Shown here: positions 19,130 through 29,397 of the stretch, piece after piece
How the letters are laid out: every line of letters starts with the position of its first letter
Numbering within the stretch: position 1 is the first letter of the stretch
IMG/VR virus record: IMGVR_UViG_3300031787_000103
Span: 1,392-65,391 of that record
Direction: 5' to 3' (one strand)
Length of the DNA: 64,000 nucleotides
DNA from: a virus
Lineage: Duplodnaviria > Caudoviricetes
Notes under the pieces: model-generated
Seen by the model: only the letters and a program-made list of their open reading frames with translations
What the model was told of the DNA's origin: nothing
The model's database searches: none
Made by a program: the position numbers and the translations under genes

Positions 19130-19410
19130 TAAAGTACGACTATTTTTTCGGTCAGGGAGTCTTAAAGGTCGCAACCCTTAACCACGGGACTATTCAATTC
19201 ACTTTTTCGCAAGACGTAGTACCGGAACTTTCCGAGGACGCAAGCGAGGAGGAAATCGCCTACCGAAATCAGATTATTGCCGACAATACCATTCGAGCAG
19301 CAATACTTCAAGCCATTAGCACAGACGAGACTAAACTTGCTGAGTTCGTGAACCTAATCGGTCAAGACCCCAATACTGCCTTTAGCACATTCGCCTCGAC
19401 AAAATTGTGA
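19126..19410 (+). CDS. Hypothetical protein (possible fibre chaperone)
   Basis: Coupled to the fibre gene. Confidence 0.55.
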   Translation: MIKYDYFFGQGVLKVATLNHGTIQFTFSQDVVPELSEDASEEEIAYRNQIIADNTIRAAILQAISTDETKLAEFVNLIGQDPNTAFSTFASTKL

Positions 19411-19461
19411 ATGATGTGTTAATTCGCGCCGTGCCTTAAGTAACCCACCTATATTTGGAGT

Positions 19462-19884
19462 ATGATTTACTCCTACTTCCAACATTGGTGGACACGGCGT
19501 CCGGTTAGAATGTACCTTGTGTCTATTATAGCCATAGGGCTGACGGTTAATTTATTCTACGCTCGTGAAGGTGAACTGACGTTTAATATCATAGCCCTTA
19601 CGGCTTGGATAGGCGTTAACTTAGCTTGGTCGTCGCCGCTTAACCCTGCTTTTCGGCATACGTTCAAGCCGTGGATTAAGTGGGAAATGGTCAATCAATA
19701 CCTCTATCAGACCGAGTACAAGGGATACGTCCACTACGTCAAGTGCCAATGGGATGATACGGGACTAATTTGGTGGTCTTTTGTGTACGACAACGGTGTG
19801 CATCTTGACTTCCGAAATGATACCATGATTCAAGCCGTGCTAACCGCAAACGAGAAAATCACGGAAATCTATGACAATAACTAA
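19462..19884 (+). CDS. Membrane protein
   Basis: Two N-terminal hydrophobic segments; TATATTTG 4 nt upstream. Confidence 0.6.
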   Translation: MIYSYFQHWWTRRPVRMYLVSIIAIGLTVNLFYAREGELTFNIIALTAWIGVNLAWSSPLNPAFRHTFKPWIKWEMVNQYLYQTEYKGYVHYVKCQWDDTGLIWWSFVYDNGVHLDFRNDTMIQAVLTANEKITEIYDNN

Positions 19885-21229
19885 GTACAACGATATATCG
19901 CTATTCCTCGAAAGACACGGCGCTTCTGCTACCACGGTCAAGAACATCACCGATATAGCCGTCGAGCCGTTTGAACTTTTCACTACAATCGGGCTAAAAG
20001 ACGGTCGCAAGGTGAAAAAAGCGGTTATTGTAATGCCTAATCTAACTCAGGACTTTGTAATTTGTGAGGTGAAATGACAAACAGAGAGAAATTCTTAGCC
20101 CTAATCCCCGAAGACGGTCAAAAATCCGATATTCACGGATACATGAGGGGCATTAAACGATGTGACGCAAATTATCAGATTGCGATGAGGCGTTATAGCG
20201 AACTTCTTGAGGCGGTTGTGCTATTTGCCGACCAAGTAGAACACAAAAGCGAGAACTTACAAGCCGCATACGACAATTTACTTGCCGTAGCGTTTGATAA
20301 ATCACGCAATAAACCCTAAAATCAACCTTAAAGAACGATAAGTCATGCACGAAGCAATGTTTTGGATGGGAGTTTTGCTAATCGCAGCGTTACTGATTTG
20401 GAAGAGCAATCAAAACGACAATGGCAATGAGAACTTGGAATCATAGGATACTCGCTTTCGACTCTCCGCACGGAGTCTACTTTGAAGCGCAAGAAGTCCA
20501 TTACGCCGACGGCGTTCCGCGAGCATACAGCGTTGATAAGCGTATTGGCGGAGAGTCTATCGAGGACATCCTTTGGACGTGCGACATGATAAAGAAAGCC
20601 TGTGAAAAACCGATACTTTGGGGCGGAGATAGATTTCCGCAGGAGTATAAACCACAAGAAAATGGCTAAATTTGACGATTACCCATTCGGGTGGACGCCT
20701 TCAATAGATAGGTGCGTAAACAAAAAAGTAAGGTGCATTAGACCTATTAACGGTTTTACAGAAGGCGAATACTACAAGGTTCATTGGGATTCATCAATAA
20801 TTGACGACAAAGGAAAGCATATTTGGTTCATGTTTGAGCCGTTTGACAAATCATACTTTGACTTCAAAAACCCAATCGAATGAAAGAAAGAAAGCAACTC
20901 GCAGAATCACTAAGGCTAATCGGAATGTATCTTGAGGGATATAGAACCGGAAGTAAAGAGGCTTTCCCGTTTGGCGATAACGTGATAAAAGACCTTTGGG
21001 CTGCTGTTCGTGAACTTAATAACCCGATTGAGCCATGAAAAAGATGTGCCGCAACTGCCTTTACTGCTCGACCCTATACAAACACCCGTCGAAAAAGAGG
21101 CTAAAGGGTCAAATATCCGAAGTCGCGGGTTTTGCTTGCCGTAATCCCGAACTATTCTCAAAGGAACAGGCGTGTTTTATGGAGAAAGACACAGGTGTAT
21201 GCGAAACGTTCACCCCTAAATACACATAA
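19871..21229 (+). CDS. Run of small coupled hypothetical genes (19871-20077, 20074-20319, 20421-20669, ~20662-20883, ~20880-21038, 21035-21229)
   Basis: Tightly packed ORFs with overlapping stop/start codons. Confidence 0.55.
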
Positions 21230-21233
21230 CACA

Positions 21234-21488
21234 ATGAGAGAAACAGGTTTCTTAGAAGTGGCCGACGCAGAAAACGGCCAGTACACCGTGCGAATCGTAG
21301 CCGCTAATGGCAAAATACTCGCATCATCCGAAACACTTCGGACAACAAAAGCAGTCGAAAAAAACGTAGACGCAATCGTTGTAGGAGCGTTTAACGGCTC
21401 ATGGCCCGACCTTATGGACGGAACGAAAGAGAAATGGTTTGCCAAAAACCGTGGATGGACGGAGAAAAGGAAGAGAAGGTCTAAGTAA
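21234..21488 (+). CDS. YegP/DUF1508-like protein
   Basis: GQY..RIVAANGKILASSE motif. Confidence 0.65.
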   Translation: MRETGFLEVADAENGQYTVRIVAANGKILASSETLRTTKAVEKNVDAIVVGAFNGSWPDLMDGTKEKWFAKNRGWTEKRKRRSK

Positions 21489-21527
21489 AAAAAAAGAAGG
21501 GGCTGCAACTTAAAGCCCCTTTTTTAT
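21487..21527. terminator. Bidirectional intrinsic terminator
   Basis: A-tract, GGGCT...AGCCC stem, T-tract. Confidence 0.6.
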
Positions 21528-21582
21528 GCTAATGAAGTGTTAATTATCACACAGGCGTTCGAGCCGTGCCTACCTTAGCCCC

Positions 21583-23622
21583 ATGTTATTCGAGCAACAC
21601 TTCACCCGTGAGCGCATCAAGACAATCGAAAACGAGGTATATGTCCTCCACGAGCGCTACAACAACCTGTTCTACAACAAACCCGAACATACGGCTGACA
21701 TCTTAATTTGGGAACTTACTCTTGCTGAGACCAATAGGGAGATTGTCGCCCGAACAACCGAGCTAAAAAGTCTGAAAGGCGCGTAAACACTACTTTACAT
21801 AATATGAGCAAAGAACACACACCCGAACCGTGGGAAATATCACACGAAACTCCCGAAGGTTATTTTGCCTTATCAAACGAACATCTTTCTATCGGCGACA
21901 TTTGGCGTAAAGAAGACGCCGAACGTATCGTCGAGTGCGTAAACTCCTGTGCAGCAATCAAACACCCCGAAAAGATATACAGGTGTCTTACACGGGTACA
22001 AGAAATCCTATCCGCAGCACTCACAAACCAAAACCACATCGACACCGATTGCCAATTAGAACTCGCAATAGGACTTATCGAAGAAACCCTCGGTGAAAAC
22101 GAGGATTAACAAACAATCGAGCCGTGAAACAAGAAAATGACTGGTTTCCAATAGACGAAACCCCAAGCAACCCACCAAGCTACTTTCCATCATCAGATGT
22201 CTACATATCCCAATCCATCTTCTTTCGAGAACTAGGGGGAGACGTAACGACGCTTCCAACCTACGAGCAATGGATGAAAGACTGCTGGCCGGAGTTCAAA
22301 AAGAGCAAAATAGAAGAAGCAAAGAAATACGGAAGGCCCGAACCAATCTTCGCTGAAACCGACAAATAATCGAGCCGTGAAACCCATATCCCAACAAGAC
22401 CTAATAGACCAAAAGTTCACGTACAACCCCCAAACAAAAACATGGACCTTATACCTTAGCGACAACAAAAAGGTCTTCGCAAAAGAAGAGAACGGTCTCA
22501 AGGCATGGGCATACGGTATCCTTAAGCACAAAATCGAACACCAAAACGAAGAAAAAGGAGGAGTAAGGTACACCCAAACCCTCGATAACCTCATACAAGC
22601 ACTTAAATAACCGTTCGAGCCGTGACAAGAGAACAACACTGCCTAAAAGCATTTGAAGGTATACAAAACCCAAGTGACTTTAACGTCCTTGAACTAATCT
22701 TCGAGATAGATAGACTCACGGAAGATGCAATAAGGCTAAACACCGAACTGCTAAAAGCTAAAACCGAACTTAACCGACTGAAAATGAACTATCCAACACA
22801 TTCGATGTGGGAACAGCAACGAGCGGAACAGGAATACTACAACAGCAACATCTAAAAACATGGAACTAAACGAAGTAGTCAAGCTTGAGAGACAAAAAGA
22901 AGCGATCTTGAAAGAGCTTAAAAGTCAAGCGCAAGAAATTGATGGTAAAATACTTGAATCCGTAAAATCACTAAGCGACAAAGACCTTATACGATACAGA
23001 ACAAAAGCACTTGTAGAAAGGTCTAGAGAGCATGGAGTATACGGAAGCGTCATGTCTCCAATACTAATAAACGAGGATTTTTGTAACGAATTGGCTTTTT
23101 ACATACTTGATAACTTTCCGTCAACCGTTATGAAAGGACTTTACTTGATACTAAAAGACGGAGTTTTAACCAATCCAGCCGAACAAGAAGCAATTAAGTA
23201 CCCTTCATTAGATCTGAATACGCCTGCCAACCTACTAAACGCATGGATGGACTATTACGCTAAAAAAAGCTACGAAGAAGAGGTCGGAGTTGTGGTAAAT
23301 CGTTATAACCTGTTTAAGTTTTCGGTAAGCAGCAAGTCAAACCCATCCCTAAACGACATAAAACAAAGCGTTGACAAATGGGCGTCTAAGTTTGAGCAAA
23401 TATTCATACACGACATAACTTGGGCATATCACGATAACGGCCCAATAGTCAGCGGATTTGCGTAATATAAAAAGCCATAACATGGAACTAGCATACGTAC
23501 ACATAACCCACCATAAAAAATCAGGGCATCAAAACATAAACATCGGTATAACTTGCATCACACTATGCCTAATTGCGTTCCTTTGGATGCTGTACCGAAT
23601 ATCAAAAGATTTCCGTAAATAA
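21583..23622 (+). CDS. Array of small hypothetical genes (21583-21786, 21804-22109, 22124-22369, 22377-22610, 22622-22855, 22860-23465, 23482-23622)
   Basis: Contiguous ORFs; three start at the GTG of the TCGAGCCGTG motif. Confidence 0.65.
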
Positions 23623-23633
23623 CCGTTCGAGCC

Positions 23634-24137
23634 GTGAAAAAAGTAATCTTCCTTGACATAGACGGTGTACTCAACGTAATAACAAAAGACTTCGATGAGT
23701 ACGGAGCAATATTCCAAGAACCGTTCGTCTCAAACCTCAAAACCCTTATTGACCAAACAGGCGCTCAAATCGTCATATCCTCCACATGGCGACACTCAGG
23801 TCTTAAAGCCATGAAAGAAATGTGGCAGAAAAGAGGACTCGCCGGAGAGGTAATAGACATAACCCCCGACCTTGCCGAAATACAAGACAACGGACTTTGG
23901 CTTGGCGTAGTAAGAGGCGACGAGGTAAAAGCATGGATTGACAAAAACCCCGTGGACAGATATGTTATTATCGACGACGACAAGGACTTCCACGAAACCC
24001 AAATGCCGTTCTTTGTAAAGACAAGCGGAAACTACTCCCACTCAGGCAACGTCGAAGGATACGGACTTACTACACAATGCACCATAAAAGCCGTGTCTAT
24101 ACTCAACGACTACTGCATGGAATTAACTGATAATTAA
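23634..24137 (+). CDS. HAD-superfamily phosphatase (Swiss-Army-Knife RNA-repair-like HAD domain)
   Basis: KVIFLDIDGVLN, IVISSTWR and YVIIDD motifs. Confidence 0.85.
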   Translation: MKKVIFLDIDGVLNVITKDFDEYGAIFQEPFVSNLKTLIDQTGAQIVISSTWRHSGLKAMKEMWQKRGLAGEVIDITPDLAEIQDNGLWLGVVRGDEVKAWIDKNPVDRYVIIDDDKDFHETQMPFFVKTSGNYSHSGNVEGYGLTTQCTIKAVSILNDYCMELTDN

Positions 24138-24151
24138 CAAATTTTCGAGCC

Positions 24152-24415
24152 GTGACACACACAACAACCATGATAGACACAATAAGAAAAGCACAAGAAG
24201 AGGCTAGAGAAAGACTCAAGGCAGAAACAATAGACGAAAACCGTCACGCAGTCCTTCTAATGGCCTCATATTGCCACAACAACCCAAATTGCACAGACCA
24301 CCTTCCGTGTATAGAATGCCTCAAAATGTGCAACGTAGCCATAATAAACCTCAATAGCGTAAACTACAAAGATGTTATAGCGGGCTACGACTTTATAAAG
24401 GGTTACGAAGAATAG
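24152..24415 (+). CDS. Hypothetical protein (Cys/His cluster)
   Basis: CH..PNC....PC..CL.MC; GTG start inside the motif. Confidence 0.6.
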   Translation: MTHTTTMIDTIRKAQEEARERLKAETIDENRHAVLLMASYCHNNPNCTDHLPCIECLKMCNVAIINLNSVNYKDVIAGYDFIKGYEE

Positions 24416-24432
24416 TGTTTTGTGGGAAAACA

Positions 24433-24487
24433 GCAGTCTTTATATGAGGGTTGGCGGAAAAAGAAAAAAAAGGCAGTCTTTATATGA
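24433..24487 (+). repeat. 15-bp direct repeat GCAGTCTTTATATGA x2
   Basis: Copies at 24433-24447 and 24473-24487. Confidence 0.85.
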
Positions 24488-24837
24488 TGCTGTGTGGTCG
24501 CTCCACCCCACCCCGTCCCATTTTTCCCGAAGTGAGTTTCGCGGCCCACCCCTACCCTAATGAAGTGACCTAATTTAGAATCGTTCTAAATAAAAGCTAG
24601 TCCGTCCTGTGCTGCCCGTGCGAGAATAAAGGCAAAGGTGTACACGGCACACTAAGGCAGCGCATAGACCGGAAAAGGCTATTGCTAGTATTTTTAGCAC
24701 AACAAAATGTGTATTCGTCGAAGGTATTGCGATGTTAGTCGAGGATATTGCGTAATTAGGCGAATAAATTAGAAAAGTCTTGCATACGTTCGCGCCGTGT
24801 GCGTATATTCGCAGAAACAAACAAACAACACAAAGCC

Positions 24838-25065
24838 ATGCAAACTAAAGATTTTCCATGTTTCAAAGAAGTAAGCAACGAAAAGAGAAGAGCGCTAATA
24901 TTCAGAAAAAAGTACGCCGCTGACAATCACTATACGTACCATATAGTCGGGCTAAGTTTAGGCCCTTTTGGGGGATGGGTTGTAAACGAAGGTATGAAGA
25001 CAACAGCACAAATGCACTCACTAGAGTCAGCGACATCAGAGGCGATAAAAATGGTTATAGCCTAA
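24838..25065 (+). CDS. Hypothetical (early) protein
   Basis: ATG after an A-rich leader downstream of a TTG-N21-TATATTCG promoter. Confidence 0.6.
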   Translation: MQTKDFPCFKEVSNEKRRALIFRKKYAADNHYTYHIVGLSLGPFGGWVVNEGMKTTAQMHSLESATSEAIKMVIA

Positions 25066-25099
25066 CCCCCGAACAACAAACAACGAAAACACAAGCAAG

Positions 25100-25426
25100 A
25101 TGAACATCCACCTTTCATTCACAGGTAACAAAAAAGAGTGTCCTAACCCGCACTATTCACCATACATATTGAAGGCAGATAAGGAACTACCAAAGATGTA
25201 TAACGCGGGATACAATTCATACACCTTTATAGGTGGTGAACCTGTATTCTCATGCGATATTCCCGACGAAGTTTTGACCGTTAAACTAGAGGGTGAAAAC
25301 TACGTGTATTACAATCCAATCCAAATAATAGTTGAAAGGAAAGACGGGACAACCTGCGGTGGGATTTTTTACAGGCACAAGGTAAAAGCAACCGGAGAAA
25401 ACATAGACGGGTTTAACTTTAGCTGA
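25100..25426 (+). CDS. Hypothetical (early) protein
   Basis: ORF track; followed by a terminator. Confidence 0.6.
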   Translation: MNIHLSFTGNKKECPNPHYSPYILKADKELPKMYNAGYNSYTFIGGEPVFSCDIPDEVLTVKLEGENYVYYNPIQIIVERKDGTTCGGIFYRHKVKATGENIDGFNFS

Positions 25427-25444
25427 GAAGTACCAACCAAACAA

Positions 25445-25471
25445 GAGCGGGGCAATGTTCCCGCTTTTTTT
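25445..25471 (+). terminator. Intrinsic terminator
   Basis: AGCGGG..CCCGCT stem plus T7. Confidence 0.7.
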
Positions 25472-26181
25472 GTGACCTGTCGTGCTAAAATTCTTAGCAT
25501 TGCATTTCAGCCCTTTTAAGCGCATGGAAAGGCTAAGGGTATACCTACGTACCACAGAAGCACTAATGTACGCCTATTGAGGCTGAAACTAAGCTATTCA
25601 CGGCGCGATTCATCCGGCTGCATTCAGTGTGGCAAGGGATAGCTATGGCCCTAACTTGCTAAATTCCTTAGCATTACCGCGCATTCCCACACAAAGGTGT
25701 ACAATCCGGTCATGTTTTTAGGTCACTTTTTAGACCCATTTTCAGAAGGCTAAAAAACAGAAAAACCCGAAAACACTGGTATCCTGCCTACGGCGAAAAG
25801 TGACCGACCTATTTTCAGCAGGTGTCAGAAACGGACGTAAAAGGGCTATAAAAAGGGGTGAGCAGGGATTGAAAAAGGGAGAGTTAACGCGCGGGTAGGC
25901 GCATTAAAAAAACCTTTCTTCTTACTTTTTCGTTTGATTTCCAAGGTTTTAACCTTAGTCAAAGTTCAGCACCCCTTTTTAGTTTGGTTTCAGCTAATAG
26001 ACCTAGTTGTGTGTATCCGCTTCGCGTGGCCTTCTGTCTTGTTCTGTCTCTGTGTATGGGTGTGAGACGTGAGGCACGGCGCGAACGGTTAGTTAATCCA
26101 TTCCGTGCGCCTGTGTACCGCTAAGTATGGACACAAAAAAGGCCGCAACTATGTGCAGCCCCTTTGTAGTGTGGTGTGTGT

Positions 26182-26358
26182 TTATTCCGGTAAGTATCCG
26201 GCAATTTCTTTTGCTCTTGCTTTGGTAATGGTTTCAGCGTTTACTTGCTTGTAATTTTCGGGGCTGAGGATTAGGAACTGAGCAAGGCAGGTTGCACCGG
26301 ATAGTGTTCTGATAACCCATGAGGTTCCCTTTACTTTGTAGATGGCTTTCACTTGCAT
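26182..26358 (-). CDS. Small hypothetical protein (58 aa, MQVKAIYKVKGTSW...)
   Basis: Read by hand; TATATTTG promoter at ~26385-26392 and a terminator-like hairpin at 26134-26165. Confidence 0.6.
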   Translation of the reverse strand: MQVKAIYKVKGTSWVIRTLSGATCLAQFLILSPENYKQVNAETITKARAKEIAGYLPE

Positions 26359-26579
26359 TGTGTGTAGTTGTTAAATGTTCGGGGCAAATATACACGGCGC
26401 GAAACGTACCTTCCAAATTTTGACCACTTTATTTTACATATTTCTGTCTACGATTTTAGGCAATTCGTCGAAGGTTTTAAGCGGTTAGGCTAATTTTTGA
26501 GGCTACACCAAAAATTTTTGTCGGAACAGGGGATTTTCGTATATACATTTGCCTCACACAAACAAACAACAAAAGCACA

Positions 26580-27101
26580 ATGAACACAGCAGTTAACACC
26601 ACGCCACGGGTTTACGTTGGCACCTACCACAAGTATAACAGCGGTTCTATCTCGGGCGCATGGATTGACCTTGATGGTCTCACTTATGATGAGTTTATGG
26701 ACAAGTGCCGTGAACTTCATTCAGATGAGCAAGACCCTGAGTTTATGTTTCAGGATTATGAGGGATTCCCTGAACGTCTCTATTCAGAAAGTGACGTATC
26801 TGAGGTATTCCAATATCTTGAGGACACGGCAGAATTGAGTGAAGATGAGGCTGAGGCATTTGAGATTTATGTAAATGACGGCAATAGCCCTAACGTGGAT
26901 GAGTTTCGGGATGCTTACGTTGGCTGCTTCACTTCTTACAAGGTTGCTGAGGAACTTGCTGAGTGGGAACTCGATCAGGATTGCGAGTTTCAGGCTATCC
27001 CTGAGCGTTTCAAATATCACTTTGATTATGAGGCATACGGGGAAGAGTTGTTGATAAACGAATTTTGGGAACATGGCGGATATGTATTTCGTCGTATGTA
27101 A
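26580..27101 (+). CDS. ardA: Antirestriction protein ArdA (type I RM DNA mimic)
   Basis: VYVGTYHKYNSGSISGAWIDL, DPEFMFQDYEGFP and FDYEAYG motifs; very acidic. Confidence 0.92.
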   Translation: MNTAVNTTPRVYVGTYHKYNSGSISGAWIDLDGLTYDEFMDKCRELHSDEQDPEFMFQDYEGFPERLYSESDVSEVFQYLEDTAELSEDEAEAFEIYVNDGNSPNVDEFRDAYVGCFTSYKVAEELAEWELDQDCEFQAIPERFKYHFDYEAYGEELLINEFWEHGGYVFRRM

Positions 27102-27184
27102 CTAGACACGGCCCGAACGCCTGCCCCGCTACTGGAATGATACCCGCAGCGGGGGAGTGGCGTCAAAAGACTAACACTAAAGCA

Positions 27185-28322
27185 ATGAAAAAAGCGAAAA
27201 ACATCCTTTGTCTTATTGTGCTGATCGGTAGCCTCAGCGCGTCCGCCTATCTGCACAGAGAAACCCGAATTTTGAGAGGCGCGAACACCTTTGATAAGTG
27301 TGTTAATCTGCACGGCGAAGGTGACGCAGCCTGTGAAGGTTGTTACTTCCTACTGATTGAGAACGGAGTTACAAACGAACCTAAACCATTCTAATACATG
27401 AAAAAGCTATTTACACTTATTATCGTGGCCGTCCTGCTTATTGGCACGGCGCAAACGGCTGAGGCCAAACCCAAACGTCCCAAATCCGGCTACAATTACA
27501 AAGCGCACCACAAAAAGAGCACGAAGTACAAGCGGGAGAATGAAAGAGGAAAGAAAAGAAAATGCGGAAGACAATGACACATGAACCTTGTCAGAAAGCC
27601 CGCATAGACGTGTACGTAAACGGGCAAATTGAGCGGATTCCGTGTATAATTACACAAGTCCTACCCGCTGAGGATATACCGTTCCGATTGACGGTGTTTA
27701 CCGATGGAGGACGAATGTACAAGAACGTTAACCCTGCTGCTGTGCATATTGAACCGGAAACGGGCGTCTATCACGTTGAGAAATAGGGGCACGGCGCGAA
27801 TTACTAACAACGAAAGACCATGAAAGTAAAAGGTAAAAGCCTGTTTGATATTACTATGGAGGGTATCAAGCTAAAGAAAAGCCGGATTCGCATAACTTGG
27901 CGTCCGGTAGGTAGCGAAAACTATCCCGAAATGAGCGCGACCAACCCTGAGTTAAAAAAGGCATTGGACACGTCTAACATCGGAGATTTTGACCTTAACG
28001 ACCACGACGATATGTTGTTCTTCGTGGGGATTAAGGCAAAGAAAAAAGACATCCTAAAAATGGAATGGATATGAAGTACAAAGTAAGCACTATCGCAGTC
28101 CTTGAGGACGGCACGGAGGTACACGGGCAATTCTACGACACAAGGAAAATAGAGGGGAAAGTGTATGTGTATTGCGTCCCGAATGATTCTGAGGCCGCAG
28201 CAGTTCGGCGACTTGTGGGAATCGGCCCTAACGTACAATGGGATGCGTACTTTAAGAAAAGGGGTGAATGTATGGAGCTGGCTAAAAAGCATTGGGAACT
28301 ATTAGCGAATATTGAAAGCTAA
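27185..28322 (+). CDS. Early small genes (27185-27394, 27398-27577, 27574-27786, 27820-28074, ~28071-28322)
   Basis: Contiguous ORFs after ardA; hairpin terminator at ~28348-28375. Confidence 0.55.
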
Positions 28323-28423
28323 GTGTTGAGTTAGTTTGTTTACGGATTGCCCTGCCTTGTGCGGGGCTTTCTGTTTTAGTGGCACGGCTCGAATGGATGT
28401 GAAAAAAAATGGCCGTACTTAAG

Positions 28424-29089
28424 TCAACATAGACTGAACTCAGACTTACGCACCCGCCATATCGAACCATAGGAGTAGAAACACTCAGACATAGAAAAGG
28501 GGTAATTCCACCACATTTGACGGTGCGCCCATTCTTGAATAGAGGCACGTTTAACCCTTTGTTTCTTGTGGGTGGTCTTTTCTATCCCGATTAGGTCGGA
28601 ACTAAGTTTCTGCATGGTTGATTTTGAAAGTCCGGTTAGCTTGGATAATTCGCGGGTACTGATTTCCACGGGGCGACCACGGTATTTTTTTAGCATTTTG
28701 CGCTGTGTTGACTTTGCTTGTGCCGCCTTTGTAGCATTGTAGTATGCCACGCGATTTATCTTGCTCCGAACTATTGCGGAGATTATTTCCTTTCTTACAT
28801 CTTCTTCACGGATTTTGAGGTATTGAGTTCCTTCTAAGTTACGTTTTGGGGTGAGAATGACACGGCCCGATTCTACGCGAGCAAATCCATTGTCAATTAG
28901 GTGCTGTATCTTGTTTGCAATGGTTGAAGCCGACTTATACGGCAACCGTCCGGTTTTAAGGACACCCTTTGCCCCTTTGTGGTAAAAGATAACCCCGTTA
29001 CGAAAAGCCCTTTTGAACACGGCGTAAACGACAAGCGTTTGCACTGGGTAGTTCGGGATGCTTTTGTACGGGATTACCGATAAATTCAT
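28424..29089 (-). CDS. Basic winged-HTH DNA-binding protein
   Basis: ISTRELSKLTGLSKSTMQK HTH-like segment; K/R-rich. Confidence 0.6.
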   Translation of the reverse strand: MNLSVIPYKSIPNYPVQTLVVYAVFKRAFRNGVIFYHKGAKGVLKTGRLPYKSASTIANKIQHLIDNGFARVESGRVILTPKRNLEGTQYLKIREEDVRKEIISAIVRSKINRVAYYNATKAAQAKSTQRKMLKKYRGRPVEISTRELSKLTGLSKSTMQKLSSDLIGIEKTTHKKQRVKRASIQEWAHRQMWWNYPFSMSECFYSYGSIWRVRKSEFSLC

Positions 29090-29218
29090 AAAAAACGAAA
29101 AGCCCTGCGGGGAAACTGACAGGGCTAAAGCAAAAGGGGTTTATTCCTCTTTCTTTTGCCTTTCGCAGTGGTTTCCCCTTCACTACGAAAAGCATCGTAC
29201 GTTTGAGCCGTAAATATA
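29090..29218 (-). promoter_or_regulatory. Three-hairpin 5' leader with terminator and complementary loops
   Basis: Loops GGGGAAAC / GTTTCCCC; a G-U pair favours the minus-strand RNA. Confidence 0.6.
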
Positions 29219-29397
29219 CAATCCTCGATTCGCAGATTGCAAACTTTTTTAGTAAGTGTTGAAAAGTATTTTTCGTCGAGCGTTTTTTGACTTTCGTCGT
29301 GCGATTGTTACAATTAGGCTAATTTCCAAGAAAATAGTTGATTTTGCCGTGTCCACCGCAGTACATTAGCCGCCGTAATCAATAACAAATAACAACA

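Noticed and set aside
22110-24160. CRISPR array interpretation of the recurring TCGAGCCGTG repeats
   Set aside because: The repeats are only 10-22 bp, the intervening sequences are 250-1000-bp intact genes, and no cas genes are present.
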